Assembly: GCA_905331295.1 (NCBI GenBank)
Contig: CAJNYD010000357.1
Span: 135,586 to 155,585, forward strand
Origin: Rotaria socialis
Taxonomy: Eukaryota
Reading direction: 5' to 3'
Length of the DNA stretch: 20,000 nt
In this document: piece by piece, positions 1-10,925 of the stretch
Numbering within the stretch: position 1 is the first letter of the stretch
Layout: each line of letters opens with the position of its first letter
Made by a program: the position numbers and the translations under genes
The notes under the pieces: model-generated
Told to the model about the DNA's origin: nothing
The model's input: only the letters and a program-made list of their open reading frames with translations
Database searches by the model: none

Positions 1-1038
1 AATTTTTCCTGATTTCAATAGGACTCGGAGATTTTACACTGATGTGTTATTAATTGATTTCAGTAAATAAATTGAACCATCTTTGATGCAAGAAAAATAC
101 GTGTGAAACGATTTATATATTTAGGTTGCAATCATCGAAGATGACGAGAAAATATCCAAACAAACATAAGCAACGTCATTATATGAACATGCATCCATGC
201 ATTTTTCAGATCTCATCTACTTGAAGGGCTAAATGACCGAATGAAATCCTTCAAGCACGAATTTTCAGCTATCGAACAGAATTTAAAGTTCAATGTTTGC
301 ATATTTATAATATGGCAACCATTTAGTCTTAAATCGGTCTCATCTGAAAACTCTCTCTATGTGTTCTAGTACTATGGCTTAGACTAAATTTGTTCTGTTG
401 TTTTCCGGTTGTCTTCTACGATTGAAACCAAAACTTATTCATACATTGCTTTATATGCATTTTTCTTATTTTGAAATAGGTCCAATTTTTTTCCTACAAT
501 CGATGATCATGGTTTAGTGTAATGTCTTAACCTTATTCAAATTAGAAAAAGTTTTAACAAAATTCTCCAACCATAATAAAATTTGTTTATCTGATTGAGC
601 CATATTAGAGATAATCATGTTTTTATAGGCTATTTATTGATGAATCAACTTCTACATGTAAGTATATAAATATATTTATATTTATATTTATATATAGGTG
701 CAAATGTATTAAGCTCTCTTTAGCTGATGTTCGAATCCATATCTTTTCTCTTGATTTTCTTCGTTGTCTGAACTTATTGATCTTTAATTTAATTCTAGTT
801 TGTTTTGACTACGTACTGAAGCATGCCGTAAAATATCCAGTTCATGCATCTTCTTTTGGCCAATGATTGGCTTGCGATGAATTCTGGTATGCGGAAGACT
901 GTTGCTCTGTCACTAAAATTCCTTTTAAATCTACATCGCTCAAGTAAATGTTATCTTTTCTTGCTGCTTTGAGAAAATAGTTAGATTTTAATCTAATACT
1001 ACGCTCGCACGCATATGCTTTTCTAGCTTTATACTTAC

Positions 1039-1140
1039 CAGTGCAGTACCATTCTCCCGATTGTAACTTTTTCACTGTGACTACTTCATTTGTTACTGTT
1101 TCAGGTGGTTCATCGAAATCTCCTGGAAATTCTTTTATTC
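1039..1140 (-). CDS. Third coding exon of the TCAF/FAM115-like gene (start of the M60-like N domain)
   Basis: Acceptor gtctttAG at 1142-1141; phase-1 join gives KLPG-IKEFPGD...EWYCTG, matching the FPG...WxSTGxY motif of M60-like proteins. Donor ACTG|GTAAGT at 1038. No convincing next exon found in 1-1038. Confidence 0.8.
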
Positions 1141-1206
1141 CTAAAGACAGTACAAAAATGCCAAGCAATTAGCGCTTTACCTACTAAAAAATTCAACAAG
1201 CGTTAC
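1141..1206 (-). other. 66-bp GT-AG intron (phase 1)
   Basis: GTAACG...TTTAG; removing it deletes the stop at 1195-1193 and restores the PGxxxFPG motif. Confidence 0.85.
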
Positions 1207-1675
1207 CTGGAAGTTTGAAGTCTGGTAGTAAAAAGGCAATTGCATTAAAAGCTTTTGCTCGCGTCTTCAGATTATTGTCTTTGATTTTATTGCTCTTACT
1301 AGGTATGAGATCACTGTCAATATTTTCAACAACATCAACTAAATTTGATGATGATATAGCAGATGCAATCTGTGACGGATTGCTACGAATTATGTCAATG
1401 AGCTCACAAATCATGCTACTGATCCTCGATTGTGAAGGATCTTTCATCCAAGTCTGAAAAATATTAGAAAAATTTCTAAATGCAACGAGATCTGGAGAGA
1501 ACTTCAAAGGCTCAGTATCTTCCTCGGTTAAGTATTTGTCCATTAAAGCAACTCCCAGCTTGCTGCATAAACGGTTGAAACCAATTTTTGACGTTTCTAT
1601 ATCAGAGTAGAATTCATCTAATTGCCAATGGCTTGCACCACAGATAAGCGCTCCGCCATTTTCAAGATAATCGCA
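1207..1675 (-). CDS. Second coding exon of the TCAF/FAM115-like gene
   Basis: Acceptor gttttAG at 1677-1676. Reads CDYLENGGALICGASHW...FNRLCSKLGVALMDKYL, in frame with ORF 1193-1543 and matching the TCAF GGGLLIGGQAW motif. Joins exon 1 seamlessly as EFINSL|CDYLENGG. Donor CCAG|GTAACG at 1206 (phase 1). Confidence 0.85.
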
Positions 1676-2245
1676 CTAAAACGATGCAGACAAATTAGAA
1701 TCGTGTTTTAGCATATTCAGGGCGCGATTTTGAGAAGCTCTGTGTGATGCTTAGCATTTAATATCATTTGAGAGTACTCATGAAAATGCACATTTTGTAG
1801 CTTTTCGAATTATCCTTTTTACTCTTTGTTTGGACATTATTTTGTCTTAAACAACGTTCACGAAAAACGGTCCACCGCAAACAAAGTATGAAAAGTACGT
1901 GGATGAGGCGAACTTTCACGAATTTTGACAGAAGTGCCTTGCGGAGTCGTCCTGGCGATGAATGCGTTGAAAAGGAAAGAACGATTTTATTCTGGAATGA
2001 AGGATGCTGGTGTCCATTGATATTCACATGATTCAGTAAAGTCACGCTGAAAAAGAATTTGACCAGTTCGCGCAGTATGGCTTTCAGTCTGCACGAGACC
2101 AGTAGGGCAAAGAATTTCTACGACTCAAAACACTAAATCGTGAAAGTTTTCTACCAAATTAATTCAGTCTAAACTATTTTACTTGATTTTCCCTTGCGAA
2201 AACAAGTATTTAAGATGAAGCTGAAGAAAGAATAGAGCGCTAGTG

Positions 2246-3220
2246 CATTTTGCCACACGACACTTCGTCGCATTCACTTCGTTTCAATGAAAAAATAACT
2301 AATCAGCTCACTCTATTTATTCGGAAAAGAGAGAAAGGAAAATAATCGAATTAAGCGGCTCATGTACATGTGTTATTTAATTAATCGCGTAGTTGTTTCA
2401 ATTAGTAGTATAATTCATAACTCATAGCATAATTTTTTGGAAAAAAACAGAAGTGTAAATTTATAATGCATCTTTTATAAAGTAAAACTCATCCAAACTT
2501 TAATGATAAAAAAAATTACAAAGACTATTTAAAAGTGAGTTTAAATTTCTAGTAAAAAGAAAAGCACTTTTTAAAAATCCTATCACCTCTAGAAATAAAC
2601 TATTTTGTTTCATTACATTTGTAGAAGATTCATGAAATAGTGTTTCGAATTCGTCATATACAAAATCCATGATTTTCAATGAATGTTACAGCATTACTTA
2701 ACCAATATTTTGATTTTCCAAAGATTTACTAATATGAGAACTCTAAAATTTATTTTGATAATTTCATCATCATTTTTCCGAGTGCTTGAGCATCTTTGTG
2801 AATCGCAAAAGGTCATCGCAGATATTTCTAAGGATATCAAACAGATCAAGAGAGGGTTAAAAATTGTTTTTTTAATTTTTATTTGTCCCTACCGAAAGTT
2901 TCGTAAACGGTCTACTATTCAAAGAGTTGAGATGAAGCTCTCAATAGAAAACTTAGCGCTTCCCTAAAAACTTTTAAGATTTCTCTTTGATAAATGTTTT
3001 TTTATTTATGTTTTTAAACTACACATTTTAGCAACTGTGTAAATATAATTATTTCATAACATAGTGTATATTTAAGTGATAATGAAATAAAATACGAACG
3101 TAAATCATTAAATTCGATTAGTTCACTATCTTTCTCTTTTCCGAATAAATAGAGTGAGCTGATTAGTATGGTTTTTATTGCAATGAAATGTGTTGCGACG
3201 AAGTGTCATGTGACGAAGTG
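2246..3220. mobile_element. Non-autonomous DNA transposon/MITE with ~110-bp TIRs
   Basis: 2246-2353 is the reverse complement of ~3109-3220, including a long exact core actaatcagctcactctatttattcggaaaagaga and cacttcgtcgca. AT-rich non-coding interior; TSD not resolved. Confidence 0.8.
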
Positions 3221-4161
3221 AGTGGTCACCAAAGAAAAGAGCTTCTCGGACCAACAAAGACGAAATAGATGAGGAAAACTATGGCTTTGCCGTAACCGGT
3301 GGCTTTCATCGATTTATTCATCGGAATCTCCGAGACCAGTTTTAAAAAGTAATTTGGAGAGATCTCGTGAGGCATGAAACTTGAATATCTGACACATCTT
3401 TGATGCTACATTAATTATTTGCACGAATAACGTCGAATAGATCCTCTGAATAGTACTGAACAAAAGTTCACATGAAGCGTTTCAAAAAGAAACTTGCAAC
3501 TTAGATCTACTTCATAGTATATGGTCTCAGTTTCAAAAGAATTCTCAGCTTAGTGTTGCAAACAAAATCGAGTCAGATTCACTCTAATAATATTTTTAAG
3601 CTGCGTTTCCGGTTTCCAATATCTTGGTATTTCAAGTTTTCTAGAAACGAAATGGCTTGTTCTAGAGAAAAAGTACAAAATCTTTTGACTTTTCATTTAA
3701 AAATGTAAAAAAGGCTAACCAGACATTATACCAGATTTTACTCCAATCTCTTTTCAAAACTCAAAATGTGAGCCACGATGAAGTCTCTTATGCTGCAATA
3801 TGAAGTTCTTACTACGTCCATTACCCAGTCAGGCAAAATCAAGAAAAAAATGCGTTAAAATGGGCCCAAAATAAACGCTTTTCAGTTCATAAAAACCGCA
3901 CATTTTAACGCACCACAAACGTTGTACAATTACTGACGGAGTTTTTCATCGTTTATATTTGTAATGCTTCATAATGTGTTTGTTAGCTAACGGCGTTATT
4001 TTTTAAAATAAATATTATAACGTTTTTACGGTGTTAGCTAGCCCTATGCGTTCCTAGCACGTTTAAATGTGCGGTTTTTACGAAACGGTTTTCGTTTCAT
4101 TGCGTAAACGCGTTTTTACATGTTTTATTTTTGTTTTAAATTAAGCAAATACTGTAAATTA

Positions 4162-4297
4162 AAGAGAACGCAATACTTCATGATTACTTGAGAATTAGTT
4201 AAGATCATTTAATAACTATTTTTAGTTTATTACAATAAAATAGTTATAAAATGGTCTTGACTAATTCGCAAGTGACTTTGAAGTATTGAGCTCTCTC
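4162..4297. mobile_element. 136-bp fully palindromic MITE, TA-flanked
   Basis: ~60-bp arms (agagaacgcaatacttcatgattacttgagaattagttaagatcatttaataactatttt versus revcomp agagagctcaatacttcaaagtcacttgcgaattagtcaagaccattttataactatttt) around a short loop; TA at 4160-61 and 4298-99. Confidence 0.85.
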
Positions 4298-4341
4298 TAC
4301 GTTATGCCATTCATGCGTTTTGTTATAATGAGAGATAAGTA

Positions 4342-4529
4342 CAGAGGTTCACGAAAATTTTGATTTATCCGGGTTTAGTTTTTTTCCATATTATATGGGA
4401 GCTAAGGAAGCTAAAGGAGTTAAGGGAGTAAAGAGAGCTGAGGGCACTAAAGAAGCTAAGGGAGCTAAAGGCTCAAATATCACCTTAGAAAAGTAAACCG
4501 GACTAAAAGAAATTTTTCGTGGACCCCTC
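4342..4529. mobile_element. Tc1/mariner-type MITE with internal minisatellite
   Basis: ~40-bp imperfect TIRs (cagaggttcacgaaaatttt versus revcomp gaggggtccacgaaaaattt); TA at 4340-41 and 4530-31. Confidence 0.75.
4397..4468 (+). repeat. 9-bp tandem repeat, 8 units, consensus GGGAGCTAA
   Basis: gggagctaa ggaagctaa aggagttaa gggagtaaa gagagctga gggcactaa agaagctaa gggagctaa. Confidence 0.9.
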
Positions 4530-5268
4530 TATTGTTCATATCACAAAATGATCTGATACAAAGTAAAGAAAAGAATAAAACACAAAGCATACTCAAGTAA
4601 CAAACTTATTTCTTCTCTACGCAATAATCCCTCACTAAACTGTATTCTTTCTACTTTATCTTAATCGAAGAAAGGCTGATTTGCATGAGGATATTCCTGT
4701 ATCATAGCCAATGTAATAGATAATCAAGAAGAAATAATATGATGAACTTCGTTGAATGAAAGAAACATGAATGACTACAATAAAGAACAATGAGAAGATC
4801 AATAAACATAAGAAAGAGCGGATTTGGACGAAAAAAGAATCGATTGAGGTAAGTGATTTTAAAGATTCTTAAACTTATATTAATGTAGTGAATTCTTGGT
4901 GTAGTATCACTTTTTTTTCACTTTCTTTCTATCTACTCAAATTGGCATAAAGATGATATTTATACTCATAGGACTGTACTTAATTAATTAAAAGGTTTAT
5001 AATTTCTTCTGAAAATAAATCTGATTCTTTTGGGTGAAATTCATTTGTCTGAAAAATATGAGATTCTTATTTCTTCATATGAGCGCCATCTATAAGCTTA
5101 TTTTGTACAGTTTTTAATACACGTTTGCAACTCACTCAAAAATTATTTCAATTAATAAACATACGTAAAAAGAAATTAACATGTCTCTGATAACTTTAAT
5201 CCGATGTAATGATTTTGTAAGATGACATTGTCTTTCTTCGATTTAGCTGCGATATGCACGATATGGTA

Positions 5269-6408
5269 CAGTGTTGCCAACTCTAAAACTTCAAAAAGCA
5301 GAAATCTGGCAAAGAAAAGCAGAAAAAAGCAGAAACATTTTTCTCAAAAAGCAGAAAAAAAGCAGAAAGTATATTTTTTATTGGTAATTCGTTTTTCAAG
5401 CCTCATCGAATCAAATAATGAGAACTTCAGAATCTGCTTCTGTTATCTCTTTAATATCTAAACCATTTTCTCTAATTAGCTTATGTACATTAAAAAAATC
5501 TTCAACACTGTTTCGTCAGCATTATCTGATACCGCTATCCGACCTGAAATTATAAGATGTCACTGAAGGACAAATGAAAATAGTAGCAAAAGTCTGCATT
5601 ATTTACAATGGCTATTGATAAAAATAAACGCGAAAAACAAGCACATTAGTATTTCACTTGTTGCTTGCGTAAGACGTCGAGGAATAATAGAACGATTGGT
5701 TTAAATCATGAAGTGAGTTACAAGCGAAAAATATGCTAGAATATTAAGGGCAATAAATATTGAACTGACACGAGCAGATGCTAAATCATTTGCTCCTGAT
5801 GAGTCTGAAAATATTGCTTTGCAAACATTGCAAACGACTTACATTCGGTCAAGTTCACTCATGCATGATTGAGAACATCTGTCTTTAAGTCCGTTTTACT
5901 CGGTTTTTCCACTAAGCGAGAAGTGTCTAGTGCATTAGGTGATGATAATATAGTAGAGTTCTCATTTTCGTCAGCACCAATATTATGATCTTCTTCATGG
6001 ATTATTACTACTTTTTGCAAGTGCTCTTTCTATAGACCGACTTCAATAAATAAACAAGCAAATAAATTATATTATATATTGACAATTACAAATTAAGAGA
6101 CAAGATGAATTTTCAATAGAAATGACACATAGATATAGTGAAAAAAAAGGAATAGTGAAGATAGATTGACAGTATTTTCCAACCAGTGAAACCCTAATAA
6201 TTCGACTTCTGCAACAATACAGAAAACACTATCGAATCAACAAAGCCTATTAGAATTTTCGTTACTTTGATTTTAAAAATGAGTATAGCTTAATATGAAA
6301 ACTGTCGAAAAATACAATAAATGAAATATCTGAAAAAGCAGAAAAAAGCAGAAACGACAGAAGAAAAGCAGAATTTTTCTGCTAAAAGCAGAAGAGTTGG
6401 CAACACTG
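5269..6408. mobile_element. Non-autonomous hAT-superfamily element (1140 bp)
   Basis: Perfect 16-bp TIR CAGTGTTGCCAACTCT; perfect 8-bp TSD ATATGGTA at 5261-5268 and 6409-6416; clusters of AAAAGCAGA subterminal repeats at both ends. Confidence 0.95.
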
Positions 6409-6948
6409 ATATGGTATAAGTTCAGTCATTACAGATAAAGTAACATATGGCAACCAAAATAGTCACGCAGTCTACAATATCTTCATGTATTGAAAAAATA
6501 GACACTTAGAAGACATGAAGAAAACAAAAGGAAGGACTGTGATAGTCCCTATTTGTTGACATTCACAGTTTATTTCTGAAAACAGGTGAAATTTACAAAT
6601 GCTACGAAGCCGTCATTCATCGACTGACCAGATTATGTTTACTAGTGATTTTGTTTTGAACGATATAAGTAGCGTAGACTAGACGACATATGTAAGAAAA
6701 TTCGTCACCGCTCTCAATTAAATAACTGATTACGAATCCTTTGAATATAAAATGATCGAAGCCGATCAATTGAAATATTTACAAAATCTCTAGTTAAAGT
6801 TTCTCATTCTATTTAAGTTTCCCATCAAATTCTAATCCAGCAAAATATTTGAAACATAATCATATTCTTAAAATTAGCGCCCTCCATAATTTTGTCGTAT
6901 ATCTAAAGAATTGTTTCGAGTAAGGCTCACTATCGCATATTCCTGGAA

Positions 6949-7138
6949 TAGGGATTCTATATTCCACTTACCACTTGCTACTTCCTGGTAAGTGGTAAGT
7001 GGTGAAGATTACTATGATAGAACAAATAATCAATGATTCAAATAATCATTAATTAGTATTATACCGATGATTTTTACATCACTAAAACACTTACTACTTA
7101 CCTGGTAAGTGGAAGTGATGGTAAGTATGACACCCCTA
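6949..7138. mobile_element. 190-bp hAT-type MITE
   Basis: Termini TAGGG...CCCTA; 8-bp TSD tcctggaa/ttctggaa (7/8) at 6941-6948 and 7139-7146; arms built from acttacc/ggtaagt repeats. Confidence 0.75.
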
Positions 7139-8850
7139 TTCTGGAATTACCAAAATAAATTTGGCTTTCTCAAACAAATTTCACCGATTTCGCTATTGCC
7201 ATAAACTTCATTAAAGATTACGTCAATGCAACAAAAAGGTTGAGATAATATTTAATTGTCAACATAGTATGAAGAGATAGAGAAATATGCGTTGTGTTCT
7301 TTGAGTTTTACCTCATTTGATGAATAAAAATTTTATTAAAAGCATATAACATTTCTGAGAATTTTTGATAGCTTTGTTTAAAGTGGAAAATGAGTTTCCT
7401 CTAACTAAACGTACTTCTAAAATCATAAAGCAGAATTTTCATCCCATAATTATCTTTCCTATACTATACTGCTCATTACTTGTCCCAAATGGTTTACATA
7501 GAAAACAAAATTAGCCTGTTTTTCAAATACTCTACTTTTATAGTTTCGTAATTCTTTTGTGTCCTCCTAATTATATTTATAAAATTCATTATTGTAAAAG
7601 GTCTATTAGAAAGATATAGTTTTTATAGTGATAATACAAAATATCTACGTAAATAGCAGCAGAGCCTGTCTAACCAATTCTCAGTTTTAGCTCAACCAAT
7701 GATGTGGGTATTATTAAAGTTTGCTGACAAAAATTCGTTTTTTTTGTCTAATAAAAGTGCGAAACAAATAATGAGTTCATAATGTGTTTGTTAGATGTTC
7801 GTTTTGTTCGAGAAAAAATACATTTGAATGGACTAAAGATATTGATGTCCTTTGTTATATTCAGTCAATAATATAGAGGTGTCATTTATCTGAAGAACAA
7901 CCTTGTTTGCAATACTGATGTATCAATACAAAATTTGTTACCTTCATCGAACAGCTATATTTTAATTTTCATAAAATGATGCATTAACTTTAAAAAATAT
8001 TTCATGAAATAAGTGAGATATAGTTCACAGATTTAACGAGTTTTACCGTAGTTTTTCGAGAACAACAGCTTAATCTATCTTGAATAAAATACTGCATATA
8101 AATATATTTGCAATTGTGAACGCGTTTAAACTCGAAAAAATAATAACGATATTAACAGAAAAACGCGTAAATTTGGAAAAAAAACTACATGTTTTAACGT
8201 ACTGGAGATAGTTTATACGTTTTAACGCGTTTAGAAATTTCATAATAACATCATTTAAACGAAAATATTTCGTTTAAACGCGTTATTCTTTAACGTTTGT
8301 CTGCCTGGGTATGGTTCGTGGCAGCGTTATAGGCAATGCATCTATATTACTATGATAGAATCATGATATAATATTGTAAGATGAATGAATGGTTGTTGTG
8401 AGTTTCAAAATTTTCAAATCCGCACGAAATCCGAAACTTTGGATTCAGAAGATTGAAAAGCCTCAAACAAGACAAATTACTCTACTTCTTTAGTATGCGA
8501 CCGGTGAATTTGACGACATCTGTGGAATGAACTAAGAACTTCGATTTCCATTTTTAAATATTACAAATCTCATCGATAATCTTATTTTTACAAATCGTCT
8601 ACAGTTTTACGGAAAAAAAGTAATTTAGGTGAATAGAATCAGAGCCAATATCGAAAATGACAGATGTAATGTTTATTTGGCGCAATTTAATCCAACAGCT
8701 ATGGCATTGACATGAATGCTAGAGAGCATAGAGGGAAGTCCTGACTTTTACTAATTCTTGCGTTCCAGGACAATTTAGATAATTGGTGTAGTTATATTGT
8801 TCTTAACAGTTAAATGCTGATGCACGACTTAATTCTTTCTCTTAACCTAC

Positions 8851-9636
8851 CAAGCTATTGATAAATTCTTCACTTTTATTCCAGGTTCCTTTCCAAACAA
8901 GAATCTTATCTTCGACATCGATACTAGCCCATTGATCCGTCTCGTCGATTCTAAGAGTTTCAGTCCATCTATTGCGTGAGACCCACTGTTTGGCATTTTC
9001 CACAAATTTCGGATCAAGAGTTTCTTCCGGTTTGGCAGGTGAAGCGTTTTCCCCAAAGTAATTCATGTAGTCTGGTCTACCAAACAGAAGGCATCGTCCT
9101 TGACCTAAACGGGCTGCTACAACGAGGAATAACTTCCCATCTTTGCTAGTAACAACCGCTCTTGTATCAGCTGCCAGTGGAAGGAGTGCACTTGTGTAGC
9201 TCATGTTGTAAAATGAAGCAACTCCGTTAAAGAGACGCCGCGCTACTTCATCGAATTCCTGATCAATGGCCGGAATATTTTCACTGGTACCTTCCGATGA
9301 ACCTTCCACTTCTTCTACTGTATCCTCAAGCTGACTCCCCCAACCGCCTTCTAAAGAAAAGCCAAGTTTTTCCAAGTTCTTTTCTAAGACTTCCGACATT
9401 GATTCGAATGAAGCTATTTCACTATCGATATGAAAATTATTGTGCCTACAACCAACTAAATGAGACAAGAATCTCTGTGCCACTTTCTTCGGCGGCTGTA
9501 TTTCACGATCGTAGTCATTTTCTCCCATTACAGATTTTTCTTCGCTGCTATCAGCACTTTGTTTGTTCACGGATGAATCTTCATTGTTTGCTTGGCTGTC
9601 CGCAGGCGATATTTGTTCATTTGCTTCGTCCTCCAT
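8851..9636 (-). CDS. First coding exon of a TCAF/FAM115-like (peptidase M60-like family) gene
   Basis: Lies in ORF 8842-9663. First ATG at 9636 (gcaataATGG), preceded by acceptor ttttctAG at 9648-9647; donor TTG|GTAGGT at 8850 (phase 0); 262 codons. LVVAARLGQGRCLLFGRPDY...FVENAKQWV resembles the recalled TCAF N-terminal motif (LIAASSYGRGRLVVVSHEDY...FLLNAVGWL). Acidic low-complexity N-terminus. Confidence 0.85.
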
Positions 9637-10558
9637 TATTGCTGATCTAGAAAATATAGCCAAAGTGTATAATGCGTTGATGGCGAATGAAGATTGTCAT
9701 TATGAAGACAAAACAATATAAAGAAAGAACTTGCCTCGATAACTTTACATTTTTTCCCCGCATGCATGGAATGGATGAATGCGTCGCATAGACAATAAAT
9801 TGTTTTTACACTGTTCTAAAGAGTGATCAAATTTATTTCACATTGACGATTTACTCTGTCAGACGCTCTTTTAATTGAGGAGAAAGAGATCAAAATGTAG
9901 CATAAATCTCTAAAAATTAGAACAACGCCTGACAAAATATGCGAGTTTTGGTGAAATAGCTTGGGCGAATCAACGAGGAGAGCATTCCGATAAAATTATG
10001 ATTTTCAGGAAATATGTCGACGAGTTCTATCAAGTGCACGTATTATTAATCTGTCTACTTGTTTTCATATGCTCGAAGTTCATCTACAGGGATCAAAATA
10101 GCTAGATATTTTGCTGAAATTCAGAACAATTTGCTCAGATTAACTTCCGAAGAATTTCTCAGGCAATTAGGTCTAAGAGGAATTGAATCACATTGAAAAA
10201 TAATTTGAATTAAAAATAGATATGTAAAGAAAGCTAGTACGAAAATTTTAAAGTCATCCTTTTAAATATATTTTCTCTAACCAATAAAAAAAACCATCTT
10301 CGATCGTTTCATATTCGAGAAAAAAATATCTTGCTAAATTTAAATACGGATTGATAACAGCTTAGGAATAAACATAGTCTTTTCTCTGATGATAACAGAA
10401 GTTTTTCCATTTCTCAATTTTTGAAATATGAAACCTTAAAATGTATAGGTTTTGATATTAAGGTTAGCATGAAGCCAGAATTACAAAAGGATCTACGTTT
10501 TGACATAAAAATATTATTTTAATACACATTGAAGAAAATAGAGCAGCATTCTAGCTTA

Positions 10559-10925
10559 TTTTAGACTAGTCCATAAGTAATCACAAGATGTATAGTAAAA
10601 GTTGACTAGACGTGACTAGCATAGTTTTGTGATCATTTTGAACTCTGCTAACTTTAGATTAGTCTGGTCGCAAATATATATCGTTGTATTTTGAGTGCAC
10701 TAGACCTGACTGGCTCATCAGACGTTTCAGACTACTCTGGACTTAAATTCTAAATATTTCAGTTTAGACTGGACTTAGACGGTGGATATGTCAGACTAGT
10801 CTGGATGTGATAGTCTGACATTTTTGTCGCCATAAACTAGACCAGACGCCTATATAGCAGGGTCTGGACTAGTCAGAGCTAGTGGTTCAGACATAAAAGA
10901 CTAGACATGTTGCCCGTCAGATCCA
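10559..10925. repeat. Degenerate array of AGACTAG/CTAGAC/GTCTG motifs, probably a transposon interior or subterminal relic
   Basis: Numerous imperfect agactagtct-like motifs in both orientations; no termini identified. Confidence 0.55.

Larger units (their letters stand above)
3824..8309. mobile_element. Putative old CCCAG-terminus, TA-flanked DNA element enlarged by nested insertions
   Basis: Left taCCCAGTCAGGCAAA versus right TTTGTCTGCCTGGGta (revcomp CCCAGGCAGACAAA). Both subterminal regions (3840-4120, 8115-8297) are rich in aacg/cgtt motifs. Pairing of the two ends is inferred. Confidence 0.5.
1676..8850 (-). other. 7175-bp GT-AG intron (phase 0) filled with transposon insertions
   Basis: Canonical ends and in-frame protein continuity across the junction. 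Confidence 0.8.

Noticed and set aside
1..841. Further exons of the TCAF-like gene
   Set aside because: The candidate acceptor near 345 gives no M60-like peptide in phase 1, and the one near position 10 leaves too little sequence to judge.
4395..4496. 33-aa collagen-like ORF (MGAKEAKGVKGVK...)
   Set aside because: By-product of the 9-bp minisatellite inside a MITE; Gly periodicity is broken and there is no gene context.
5222..5461. Lys-rich 79-aa ORF
   Set aside because: Crosses the hAT terminus and translates the AAAAGCAGA repeats.
9297..9650. Antisense or alternative-frame ORFs overlapping real coding regions (also 1215-1457, 8847-9056, 14975-15157, 15318-15539)
   Set aside because: Shadows of the real coding frames with no recognisable motifs.
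9637..9663. TTG start of ORF 8842-9663
   Set aside because: Prokaryote-style start call; an acceptor and a good ATG at 9636 explain the region better.
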